A DNA stretch of 64,000 nt, taken from IMG/VR virus record IMGVR_UViG_3300020419_000005. One strand, given 5' to 3'. The translations under genes were made by a program, and so were the position numbers. The notes under the pieces are model-generated. The model was not told the origin of the DNA, searched no databases, and saw only the letters and a program-made list of their open reading frames with translations. Of the stretch, positions 51,001 through 54,807 are shown one piece after another. Source of the DNA: a virus. How positions within the stretch are numbered: the stretch's first letter is position 1; every line of letters starts with the position of its first letter.

Positions 51001-51141
51001 GTTTAGAATATCATATGGTTTACCACTTTTCTCTTGTGATTTGTAGTATTGAACTAGCAAATCGACAAAAGACTGATCCTCGTCTTTTATAAAAGCAGGG
51101 ATCTGGTCCTGTAACCTCTGGGATACCTTTACTGACTTCAT
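30082..51141 (-). CDS. gp7: Giant multidomain baseplate wedge protein, gp7-like (7019 aa)
   Basis: Follows gp6; IKTIKDFY.SKGT....YLFK.LF and IQDSYFYQNFSYVIKS...HPTG..MFG gp7-type motifs. Also contains GxGY repeats, a YHYH-like insert, two LamG/ConA-like domains, phycobiliprotein-like repeats, and cupredoxin-like and Ig-like domains at the C-terminus. Confidence 0.85.
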   Translation of the reverse strand: MKSVKVSQRLQDQIPAFIKDEDQSFVDLLVQYYKSQEKSGKPYDILNNILSYTDISSNEYDPNFISSSSVTLDRVGAADNNITVETVDNFLEKDGTIKIDNEIIFYEEISKSPEIVFTPGVNKLEFDKKIQELENIRSQFDGTKTSFQLKLLGTPITPSSVEYLRVIVNGLQLEPNIDYFLDGSNIRFQTPPQNLAGSTTVTKIEYLIGYTSVPIRILDHINIDLALDGAKILPLRLNTASYTPLSTVSCLVAINGVVKIPFVDYTVYNDHLILKEAVSELDKVCVRSVELIAPQFGKGASAIARVSDNKVTDLIVKEGGSGYRINFTPKTTILTPEGVTGKEATAEALINGIKNVQLIDGGQGYTSANPPIVVFDTPADPSGSIAKATVTIDDASGQVTGINVQSSGSGYDTIPSISFTNPQGATISDAQIDSDGKVIDGSITVLTKGLNYATPPIVYIDAPVDPIGIRASAVAVLDNQSRVASISMISPGRGYVTPPRCRIIDPIGAQILDVKVSGGKLTDIQLLTGGSGYNDAPSVYIVDNRKDLSDNPIGGTGATAVATIFNGEITDINITSFGDGYSDTEPPQVFIASPKAAAASCDVGFQEITGFTVHSHGSEYKPSQFKNCKRGVSGVSSYDIRGNQVFTTEAQSIQSSHEIGVTIENLDSLFSKTLYERFVSQFLPDADIDYTKINAPQIIKTIKDFYVSKGTKTATEYLFKVLFSEDVDVSYPKDELIKPSAATWSVDTIIRVELISGSPVDILDSQLFQYADDVDTSVGNAVCLVENVIAINTGVGTIYELSISEETLEGKFSIPYKTTLVEPLTTTESIITVDSTIGWPERNGIIIMGDNERIQYKEKSLNQFIECTRSKNGVVEDWDAGTTIFSDIFCYINRGLDTEVKLRVLGIAEATGTVLTDTGSYYLPSDKLNVASLGSSSIDQRVTSWLYNVKKLISVNNIEPGGLNNQTATVYTTNNHGLLVGDSVTIYGANPTVFNGTFAVTSRISNTVFSYQIASPAPNAPQGNILMSVDLNKGKSTEEAINNSINQFTTNVQNTFFNSSYSYIATTGIPNYEVGPFVGSALLPGNQRKLSRFPRIVETVSRRDELSFGPIGCWVNGVAVWSYKSQVKTKFGGLTSVDIVNAGTGYDAASKPLIEISGGGGTNAQATVVVNGSLFSVDVTAGGSGYTASPLVSIVGGGGFGATATAVITNGVVSKVLVEAPGQGYTSAPTVSISGGNGTGATATAAVRGPIQSVSITSAGSAYTSSPTIKLNSGEGAVAQPIIINGRIVSIAIIASGSGYTSPPNIIINGDGYGAIAKATIGETGEDRGKVLSISVENRGIGYTTGLTTIRCESIGQGAQFTANVFEWTQNLETELSGLMDPSRGYVFAGYNTQYGGEYAHLSDPKQLRYVLGDNVFKDPATGNLRELSSGLRHSPIIGWAFDGNPIYGPYGYIDAADQSSGIKRCVSSYRVKPILLFDSATNPNPVRTDGPLLSDKPAGTYIEDYEYVFQDGDLDQYNGRFCKTPEYPEGTYAYFVSIDASEAGLPIFPYICGPQLYSQPDTWNYSQDAVQTNIPADVVRFRDPYEDVDIDIDRTPNQDTDTLVTELGDEFIFEIEDTNRDGVISTLEQNELNYISEEPVLQLFDYYPRVSTRSQVDIEIDTTTKFEDAKISGFVVENPGISYKVNDKLFFDNADTGGYGASAKVESVKGITVSQYTSSMSGDSPLAKITTADEHDLRVGDEIIVDSIPIIDQTNKTFRVKVVAGVETVTISQQGLGYNEDIPPNYEIVSGTGQDFRLQLVREESGAVNNVNIINSGSAYSASSPPEVRVSHPQRYKKANYALTLLDENSSIEKIVKIKDIAIADDRTFYVVGEADDLDGDSAGLIAKFNSDGRLLWTRTMAPLQPASGNKRCVFNKIYLENTSPHSIYVVGETIPNSVNLTYNPDLVVAKYTSGFDGFNNPTAVPVWQREIAGISGSTRRDYITSLTIDSDGQIYIGGTTDTNSPNPDDMWIALLDSQGAIKEKRKICTTSGSEQMTDLKFVSNDTCIFVGVNDPAGTGEIVVGETYYDTATIEVQWSRQFGNTSYRFSNPRITVDDYGSRYVTATAYSIANTKNVGILYMKFAPTDYKTPSVVKMLAPNATFEDIQSTGVQFDIFGNVDVGAYVKYAFNDHRAIIFKVSWNTSNILTASSVKQVSGIGFQPTTVTNDNSGDTLIAGDKIESNELFISNFESTVNEDETFNNTLTAGWNSDPALSTSKFKYGAQSADTTSAARRLSLDWGADVSSTYTIESWIAIGAAQYAAQATTPQIIQVVPNAGDNATVELDGVSGSANFGKYILKLGSNTYYSTSTTNWTTFNNEAWVHVALVKSSPGVGTYVYKVFANGIEQLSVTSTTVDTQLKSVFLFGKSSPVVASSIKGYIDNISVSTLAKYSDTFTPAQAVGSNKKVSGFCFKLDREQTKTGTFTLSTVQTGMQITVAAAVNDFTFNTQVITSGDWALGPAGLQILDYADVVSNNVEGTYSFASTDQIYETRTATIPTPLGKKLLLSTTVIPKFYIRDAVYQSIDAVKTVTFNQAATFTKGSLLQQYSVIGGQDVISAYGTIVNVGTNSVDIGNIIGTFDTTKLLKSSVNDVNTIAQTFLVETTIPQWVTNNNYTTGDEVYNAGKIYTSGTTAVSGATAPVHTVGTVTDGSINWIYTRPAGSFNVDLANTSYSSGNLGQFATWKPFVAEDYIIKIEGVYEDSNFIKGDTLDAAAVGISATFDATGKIITIAGLVGVKKFHLTSNLAKDVIPSGALTFTDLVFCVANSKHNFTANEIIFVEGFTTTEYGGSFFVEEVLDSRRFIYRLRSTAVQDPTFVSSTIGSVNIYAKHPELLFVRRHQYIFDLDDPSNLGYYMSFSKDNQYKLEYPFVNIVREGIPGLTDQTSPKPLVKFIVDDDVTNISYYFDPSRTLPSNSPVGEASFIDVIQTPYKGTFRINAILSDTEFTFPLLVEPEKTNAPLGTTETGLTRASYSTTSTKAIGPISNIKLVNPGGFYQKLPIVTDISSDREIEKIRILSGGTEYINGIYYNVNIAGDGEGGLCNITVSDDGELTGVITNVVLTSPGKGYTTASIDIDTIPGILGNLLQGSGGNLEVVIPNEGSGASVFLQGASIGKIKKLKNNEFGFGYSHDYTLRPEITFPVNLQLFNTALLSEIKITNPGSGYTSVPRVVIEGGGGSGAEAEAIIKNNRLNEIIIKNPGSGYSSEPSVTLKSEFNYVVNLDLGYLQFNFPHGITTGAAVQLRAEDLGSTIGILPKPSSAGLVSLSSTTTYYAIAGEANSLEADQLRIALTQVDAESGNFITFLTQGDGRQILLTEVFGGLATAIVETSRFLRGELVYQGSSLETATATGYVSENEGWQIGPRILKLENYTGTWTIGERVTAQVSRASGLIDNLSIARGTLNIDSMTTTTGQFIDDVGKPSEIVQKIQDSYFYQNFSYVIKSQTPINEWRKSILETNHPTGFNMFGELSLAAGKDISGRKVVSDLVKEVNIFSATNINKITSFANSQPIYTEFNNTEVLFRQRRLTNSEEILTSIVKKLDNIDNDFNGVKTQFALTVEGDSVTATDDQLLILINGVAQSPGTAFTTSGPSVVFSEPPKAPSRIKFRNLTFSQINITRFTFSSTSGIFPTTGKPIRSLQNEGTAIVIDTGVDYIDIIDQAGTFQINDNVLASSTGFDGVLSAVNGLTSKTIYEQGERITNLAGDFAIIEENNLRDGTVDARLVVSRTSGTSEFETGDFNIKFNDTIYSAASKIAARVSVIAPYTDDTSQQIIDTVDLSPPSSFFGLIFQRVPSITYPNTILDNISETVINPEELYNEGTANNQDFLDFEEVRNQEIRYNYLSGSQFTAGDSIRNKQIYYDNASLVGVDDQRSFDAAVLIRKNARFIAEEAVGLMKAFYPSFTVPSLGGDRDCEDDIVDILNIVAYQLEVDGNSEIWDAASTYVQGNAIYHVDGEVAQTIYAFNKARDLAIQCIRNEVISVNTTTLPQYKDPTITAEFDVISASHSGARDLILNNKWFIAYEALHYAKTQNPGYNVSGGDVHCLSDIVDVLEAMVYNLAHGGNNFVYKATKKTLQYGVTSGDRDTIVNAFTKAREIAIVVMKNDSWTKAGSHNWNQVTGTELADETTVESAIITLMNILITNLGSTASPGTVAAFQAAVTETAPSAALAGYTNSCVNQANAITSYMRIITDTLEDPTGGTPATYQWSITNVPRVLPPYAFVDGETLRCAKHAYQDKSSGGFFVFGDTVKAITSGATYDVIGSNAGNKWIFSKQISGVLQKGEYITNSKLTYQNVTQDKLTFKTDSGSLKFSGTSSYATFPSSDAVLFGDGADAATGDYTMELWIRPASVTGTQRLIDLRESSSDTKLGILMSGQSLRLSIGASDVITVSSAITTINNWYHIAVSRSTSVTKLFVNGQQMGTYTDTNNYNANSKITIGAGWNNANPFNGWIDNLIIRKGISQYNSSFTPPIVFTSSTNISFAILGEAPFPMEQSAVYATYVDHIISTATADEVELWRSELTTEGVDLSREEYRICAEVIRKNIDYIAEEAVGRLRARYPDFVIPGDGGGSMYGSNVCLRDTKAYIIPAIIDDLISGGNFQTTIVGRAYIEGSGSLQHIGGEQLQSIYTWREVAKLCIDVITLDETTLDGTYSYKVRVPNYFSSPASSQIQTDIMTLVDDLLDVIGPTGHRFRDGADLIYFNRKAIADESVFYIENKYQVQVGFSTVNKLTIPNRAKCVRDIRDHILPAIAGDLITGGNFETQAMIDSYLDNETNINYIEDELLAMIDAIEYAKKLAQKAIQGLLIGRNENPAQVAADFSDYYQMLYTDESVYRDDTITIDPKAYTGSDRDLDAANLLEQNAKTIAGEAVDILTKTSFAQSKKFKVPGGKVNCEDDIVDIIESVAHDLRFGGNSESYDAAALYLNTDLALTHVSAQSEETIYAFKLARDMSILTIRNRLGFTPYESETATGGLGQAIQRPDYYNNATTNGYYDAANEIENNIRFIATTAVGRGMSQYASLAFSGGYNYQSCVDDVVDLLEALVFNLKHGGNNRMWYSSEFYITVGNAIQHISNQATEVKYIFEQARDIAIQIMRQQIVTINGVTEGYAQYDSSITIDGTNTQTGNLTPTNAEYFPTTGNLRLTVNGHILTTGDSIQINPNSLTFTCDFDNDATTHTYPRSLDPSSGALLPITATTTNTFTVNVGTTANGTHDVSNAIYEEATGNLFLDIGTNNLDVGRHIKLPDNAITFTCTKDGNATNHSYPRSSDYASGKSLEVLEVSDSGFTATGATYSPTTGAMTLTVNQHGFSNGDQIRLVNNSLNFTCTMDNNYSVHSYPRPSDPASNQYLTISNVSTNTFDVNVGSTNTLNYTPSNVQYSPTTGDMVITIGNHSLVPGSHIKIADNSLIFTCAEDSNATEHAYPRTTTTIHQSTGAVYEPSTGMMQLTVPQHGFVNGDQIKIATDSLTFTCGQDNNQTNHTYPRATDPAADSWLEISDVTFNTFKVQVLLSTGIPSTNTTPHTYVSSGTNNITWKKDRAYDVPLTVKAVGQTTITVNVLASGRTPSTNVTTHTFVNAAQNAISAGGNYTHTFISGATDGVRFKDGRIKVNVNPAPTSEQYPHTFVSAVSGAVEYGGNHQHAFVSANTNAIKYIIGGGGVRCVNEAASITTLMNIPINLFDSSNTSNPTAYMTGITRTLPTEWPLTGERAIRRDVSITYDSAGSGNCTTQSSAINTLWEILINTVETAAAGNGSHLATITRTAPVTTNTVYKGGTCYDVTSAAHVLFKVLLHGLGSGTEMYKQSARLLKYNDTYTQLESYEKTLTQYPGYAGDATFAVPIQNAIVYDFVTNGNARTLQLVNSWFDADGNFVAYPTLFRTRLLYHARMIKELMDHILLGTAPDPGVNANQPLYSLDGTNPDRELRPTITASHKLHQLFHLILTALQYSQFPTTYLRTQFDAGVAVYDGVINVANNFEPYDRVEYIVLGSNIPELDGTVYYIHPNSTSSKIVLTEYIDGEPLVLSPGLASQLHTLAVAVDPGVDRVPTTYGTRDVPTPIKAGFNLADVIYGGTSNATAQIVRMEDNLADIMYQAKYMTCNTFSAQGGGTGIKIQNGEMVVVQGATSNTGKVLATDNETYIKLIDYNGTFTPGDTIEGVTSGGTCTFASDHDRVLVNFRQGEFIATDKFFSTATGSKATALIVRNNNGALIDNQSGRITYDISTVTGEFKPQDVIYGSVTDQIIEIESFVTLPNFGEYVHGRQITRLTYSALITDTGVSDTFNVGDVLQVQSGGISIGWTVTVTEIDTNNNYVFVANETGTPEGVTISDIGSNTQYQLAKVPVGTLFPSVYTTIGAVTITDTTAFGKIAKISQFGTRAVLHLEGTSGTFQKNSQIIGDNSFKGACSSARSLRGRVRRFFRGFDGVQKSFKLTQGNGTQYFPDPAGHMMIFVNGILQPPGADYAFTAFSDNIQFTEAPAIGSTFHGVYKGKLRQLDDISFDFDSLRNSFNLKLNGVFYSLTLTDGVQSNTILPENNIICQLNGVIQEPGIGFEIVGSRIIFSEVPRAGSTFVAFSYVGSDVDVIAATVVPPIEAGDELVIDGEEETRTVALIESSNSLITFEYSGAVKGRNAQALATIEKGRITNAILTNSGDGYSTRPQVDVISSTGFGGRIKALIGVARIDVKNAGQGYTLPTINANTTVADDYLGPTGPALNGGLDIYDPNFIPTSGGTGVIENFITITEAPRNITVNQGQTATFQVAATVTISNLVAYAITVADKSVSHPYYNQGSGKGYNFTGGQFTSNAEAPTLTFVRGATYQFNQNDISNSTHALYFSEDATAYGGNSRYETGVVYRLNGNQVADYATYASGFNAATTRSVSITVAADAPATLNYVCGAHQYMGSAINVNNGTLSYQWQKKDYGTTSWNNITGATSSTFTTDATTQADTNDEFRVGITSNGAVPVLSTSAVLTVNIGATTLSSFTPTQIFDDD
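33190..39420 (-). repeat. Six to seven phycobiliprotein-like helical repeats within gp7
   Basis: Recurring A..I..N...IA.EAV...C..D.......L..GGN...A...A...I unit with Cys codons at 39288, 38898, 37299, 36819, 36354 and 35940. Confidence 0.7.
34100..35660 (-). repeat. Five FTC-x8-H-x-YPR beta repeats within gp7
   Basis: LTFTCDFDNDATTHTYPR, ITFTCTKDGNATNHSYPR, LNFTCTMDNNYSVHSYPR, LIFTCAEDSNATEHAYPR and LTFTCGQDNNQTNHTYPR. Confidence 0.85.
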
Positions 51142-51160
51142 CTGTTATTATTCTCGGTGC

Positions 51161-53254
51161 TTAGAAGCAAGTGTCAAACTCAGGGTATTCAAATACCGTG
51201 GTTGGATAGTCAATTATATTTATCGAGGTTCCGTCAAAGTTAATTGGAGTAAAATCTAGCGGATCGAAGTTTGGAACATTAGTTCCATCAATAGTGTAAT
51301 CAATAGTGATTACTTGTGGGTTGAAAATAGTAGGATCAACGCCAGTTCCTATGTTTACGTTACCACTATCAAGTAAAACTGTGATAGGGATACGTGTTGT
51401 TCCATCAGGAGTGCTTGCTACGTTTATTGGACCTAAGCAAACTTCTCCAGTTTTGTAATTTACAGTTCCAACACCAGACTTAAGAATTACTTCTTTTTCG
51501 TCAAGTTTTGTAACCATTATTAAATTACCTTTACCATCATCTCTTACATTTACAGGTAAAAGAGCACTGGTATCATTTTCAACAAATGTACTAATACTTA
51601 ATACTGAATTTGTTGATAGTTGTTGAGATGATACAGCAAGATCTAATAAAGAATCTGTATAACCTGTTGAGTAGAATGTTCCACTCTTTACTGATGAAAA
51701 TTTAGGATCACAAGTTATAGCAGTAGAACCATCACTAGGTGAACCTGCACCAATATCACCAGGATTCACTATCGCATTACCAAAATCAACACACTGAGTA
51801 AATGTGCTTCCCAGTGGGAATCCTGTGACATTTAAACCAAGAGTCATAGTGGTTTGATTACCAACTATGGAATTCTGGGATTGATCTATCATTGTTTGGA
51901 ACGCAGATGTATCAATTCTTCCGTTAAATCTATTAGAAGATCCTTGTGTATTATAATCATCAATAGCACCTAGAACTCTAGATGCAAGTTCATTATTAGA
52001 AAGTGATGTTGAAGTTCCATCAAAGAAAACATAAGTCTTAGGACGTATGTATAAAGTGGTAGGATCGATAATCACTGGTTCGATCGCTGCCATAGAGTAT
52101 TTCAACAGATCATTTTTAATACGCTTTTTAGTAGTTGCGTTTAATGCTGCACCAGACTTAGTTTTTACTGCCACATATACTTTTCCGTACACTGGTGGAT
52201 AGACTCTTTCTCCACCATAAGCAGTAACAGACCTTGCCTGTGGATAAACCAATTTAGTAATGTACTCATAGTCGGACTCCGTGACTGCTCTGTTTTGGGC
52301 ACTGAATGCCCTTGGAGCATTGTACTTGATAGATATAACATCTTCTCCCTCTTCACCGTCCTGAGAGGCATCTACGGTCGCTATAGAGATATTTGCAGAT
52401 GATACAGCACGACCAGTATTATCTCTAACTTGTCCTATAAATGTAAACTTCTTACAACCGTTTGCTTCTGGTCCTAAAGTTCTAACATACTTAAGTCTTA
52501 TAACTTCACCTGCGATTAGTTCTCTACCGATAATACCATCACCAAATATAATAGTATATCTAAGATCATCTGTTTCTTCTAAGAAATAACCACGAGTTGT
52601 ACCATCTACATTTACAATATTTGTAATTTGATTATAGGTATCAATTTCTTCACTCTGTGCGTTAGGTGATATAGACACATAAAGTAAGTCTGTATCTACG
52701 TTGTCAACAGGTATATCATATTTTCTCTTTTTAACATCAGTTACATTGTACTCATACTCTAATAAGTTACCTTGATATATTACTGTCTTATTGAATGTCG
52801 CAATACCAGTTTGCTGATCTACCATTGAAGTCAATGCTTCTGGAACTGTAAATGTAAATGCCTGACCATCAACAGACGATACAAATACATCTCCCTGTGG
52901 AATAGTAACAGTAGATGGATAAGTTGTACTAGAACCGACATACACGGTTTGTACAGCAAATGCAACACACGCTTTTGCTGCTTTTATTGATCTAGGAGTA
53001 TAATTTAACTGCTTTGCTATCTTTACTACGTTATCTCTTATTGTTGCTGACTCTAAAAATGCTTCATTCATTGCCATATTAGCATTGAATGCAGAATAGT
53101 AAGTATTATATGCTAGTACGTCTAGTAGATATGACGCAGCAGATCCATCAAAATCATAATCTGTAAATTCTGTTCTAGTTCTTAAGTATGATTTGATCGA
53201 TTCTTTTATTTCTCCAAAGTCTAGAGAAGTTAAATTCGATGGTATTGCGGGCAT
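51161..53254 (-). CDS. gp6: Baseplate wedge subunit
   Basis: LDF..IK.SIK.YLR...EFTDYDFDGS...LLD.LAYNTYY, FGDGIIG and QNRAVT..DY motifs. Confidence 0.96.
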   Translation of the reverse strand: MPAIPSNLTSLDFGEIKESIKSYLRTRTEFTDYDFDGSAASYLLDVLAYNTYYSAFNANMAMNEAFLESATIRDNVVKIAKQLNYTPRSIKAAKACVAFAVQTVYVGSSTTYPSTVTIPQGDVFVSSVDGQAFTFTVPEALTSMVDQQTGIATFNKTVIYQGNLLEYEYNVTDVKKRKYDIPVDNVDTDLLYVSISPNAQSEEIDTYNQITNIVNVDGTTRGYFLEETDDLRYTIIFGDGIIGRELIAGEVIRLKYVRTLGPEANGCKKFTFIGQVRDNTGRAVSSANISIATVDASQDGEEGEDVISIKYNAPRAFSAQNRAVTESDYEYITKLVYPQARSVTAYGGERVYPPVYGKVYVAVKTKSGAALNATTKKRIKNDLLKYSMAAIEPVIIDPTTLYIRPKTYVFFDGTSTSLSNNELASRVLGAIDDYNTQGSSNRFNGRIDTSAFQTMIDQSQNSIVGNQTTMTLGLNVTGFPLGSTFTQCVDFGNAIVNPGDIGAGSPSDGSTAITCDPKFSSVKSGTFYSTGYTDSLLDLAVSSQQLSTNSVLSISTFVENDTSALLPVNVRDDGKGNLIMVTKLDEKEVILKSGVGTVNYKTGEVCLGPINVASTPDGTTRIPITVLLDSGNVNIGTGVDPTIFNPQVITIDYTIDGTNVPNFDPLDFTPINFDGTSINIIDYPTTVFEYPEFDTCF

Positions 53255-53668
53255 TTATATTGTCTCCAATAGGAAGTCAACAGTTTGTATCAAAGTTTCA
53301 CCAACAATAGTATAGTCAAATTCAACTCGAAGAGTATTAGTATCTTCATCATCTTGAAAAACTCTAACCTGACGAACTGCAATTCTTGGTTCTAGTCTTG
53401 TAATAACGTTAATGATTTCTTCTTTTATGTCTTGTGCGACAAAGACATCATATGGTTCAAATAATAATTCTCTCAGACGTGATCCAGTTTTAGGTTGAAA
53501 TGGTCTTTCACCTATTCCAGTTAATACTAAATTACGAACTGATTGTTTAATAGCGTTTTCATTCTTAACCACAGTAAAATCTTCAGTATTCGGATTTGAT
53601 TTCATCAAAATACTGAAGTCTTTAAATGATCTGCTAAGTGTTCGTTCTGCTCGGAACTTGTACGCCAT
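53255..53668 (-). CDS. gp25: Baseplate wedge subunit / sheath initiator
   Basis: NAIKQSVRNLVLT..GERPF.P..GS....LLFE and EPRI motifs. Confidence 0.95.
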   Translation of the reverse strand: MAYKFRAERTLSRSFKDFSILMKSNPNTEDFTVVKNENAIKQSVRNLVLTGIGERPFQPKTGSRLRELLFEPYDVFVAQDIKEEIINVITRLEPRIAVRQVRVFQDDEDTNTLRVEFDYTIVGETLIQTVDFLLETI

Positions 53669-53771
53669 TACTCAAAACTTTCATTTGTTTTAAGTATTTA
53701 TCACGTTTAGGCATAGTTACTAACCACTGACCACTTTTGACAAATTCTTCACTCATATCTGTCCTAATCAT
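53634..53771 (-). CDS. Small hypothetical protein (45 aa, not in ORF track)
   Basis: MIRTDMSEEFVKSGQWLVTMPKRDKYLKQMK...; ATGA overlap with the upstream ORF; contains GATAAATA (53695-53702), a possible late promoter for gp25. Confidence 0.55.
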   Translation of the reverse strand: MIRTDMSEEFVKSGQWLVTMPKRDKYLKQMKVLSNGVQVPSRTNT

Positions 53772-53905
53772 TTACCTTGTCCTCGGTAACGTTTCTTCGC
53801 TTCATTGCGAGAAGTAGCAGAATACTTGCTGTGTTGTCCTGTTCCTTGTCTAGTCTTTTTTGGTTTAGATTCAATGGAATTACCCATACTAAAAGTTTTT
53901 GCCAT
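53768..53905 (-). CDS. Small basic protein (45 aa, not in ORF track)
   Basis: MAKTFSMGNSIESKPKKTRQGTGQHSKYSATSRNEAKKRYRGQGK; I recognise the KKTRQG...SRN..KK.YRGQG pattern as typical near gp25 in T4-like marine phages. Confidence 0.75.
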   Translation of the reverse strand: MAKTFSMGNSIESKPKKTRQGTGQHSKYSATSRNEAKKRYRGQGK

Positions 53906-53925
53906 AATTTGAAATAATGTGATTA

Positions 53926-53966
53926 AGAGGGCACTCCTTCTATGTGGAGATCTTTTGTACTCCCTC
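53926..53966 (-). other. Candidate structured RNA leader (nested two-stem hairpin)
   Basis: Minus strand GAGGGAGTA-CAAAAGAT-CTCC-ACATAGAA-GGAG-TGCCCTC can form an outer and an inner stem. Confidence 0.4.
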
Positions 53967-54102
53967 AGACTGAGTGACTATAATCTATATCTATATCAAT
54001 TCCCGACTCATCAGGAATCTCTAAGACATCTTCCTCTTGACCTTCCAACATTTTTTTCATCCAATCATCAAACTCATTTTCTATTGTTTTAGTTTTTTCC
54101 AT
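53965..54102 (-). CDS. Small acidic hypothetical protein (45 aa, not in ORF track)
   Basis: MEKTKTIENEFDDWMKKMLEGQEEDVLEIPDESGIDIDIDYSHSV; fills the gap after the PAAR gene. Confidence 0.55.
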   Translation of the reverse strand: MEKTKTIENEFDDWMKKMLEGQEEDVLEIPDESGIDIDIDYSHSV

Positions 54103-54106
54103 TGAA

Positions 54107-54637
54107 TTAACCACAGAGAACGTTAGGTGAACCATAAGCAACCACCGATTTACACGGCCAGGATACTCGTGGTAATCCTACGCCTAGTGGGTCTAATAGT
54201 CTAGCAACTCTTCTCTTAAGGGCAAATACTGTAAATGTAGTAGCATTTAAAACTCGTTCGTGACCTACACCAAACTTATCTTCGATAGTTAAGATACTTC
54301 CACCGAAAGGTGTGGGTATAATACACATTGCTTTTCCGCAAGGACACAAATAATTTATAATGTTTGTAGTGATGGATCTATGCGGAGTGAAAACATCCAT
54401 CTCTAACATAATAGGAATCTTGTTTACTAATACTGTTGCTCTCTCAGGTGTCAAACCAGTTAAAGGAATCAATGGAGTGGGTGGCCACCAACAAGTCTTG
54501 TTCTTTATCTCAATAGTAAAGGGTATAGGTGAACTTCCGCAAGGTTGTTGATTATGAATAGTTGCAGGTATAGGAATCCCGTGTCCACTACAAGGTAGAC
54601 CGTTATGACTTGCAACTGGCATACACGCTTTTGGCAT
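54107..54637 (-). CDS. PAAR-like spike tip protein (gp5.4-like), extended and Cys-rich
   Basis: CSGHG, V.VN..P...D.FTPH, H......TVF, VAR..DP...C.S.VA.GSPNV PAAR-type segments. Confidence 0.75.
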   Translation of the reverse strand: MPKACMPVASHNGLPCSGHGIPIPATIHNQQPCGSSPIPFTIEIKNKTCWWPPTPLIPLTGLTPERATVLVNKIPIMLEMDVFTPHRSITTNIINYLCPCGKAMCIIPTPFGGSILTIEDKFGVGHERVLNATTFTVFALKRRVARLLDPLGVGLPRVSWPCKSVVAYGSPNVLCG

Positions 54638-54807
54638 TAGAAAGATGCGTCCGAATAATCTTCTGCTCGTTCAAAAACAGAAGCGTATGTAAGTTCTTCT
54701 TTAAAATAGGATTGATATATCCTACCCCAGATGAGATTAAACTCTTCTTGGTTTAAGTTCTTGAATAAACATTCTCCTCTTAGATAGATGTGATAGGTTG
54801 GAGTCAT
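54637..54807 (-). CDS. Small hypothetical protein (56 aa, not in ORF track)
   Basis: MTPTYHIYLRGECLFKNLNQEEFNLIWGRIYQSY...; TAATG-coupled on both sides. Confidence 0.7.
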   Translation of the reverse strand: MTPTYHIYLRGECLFKNLNQEEFNLIWGRIYQSYFKEELTYASVFERAEDYSDASF

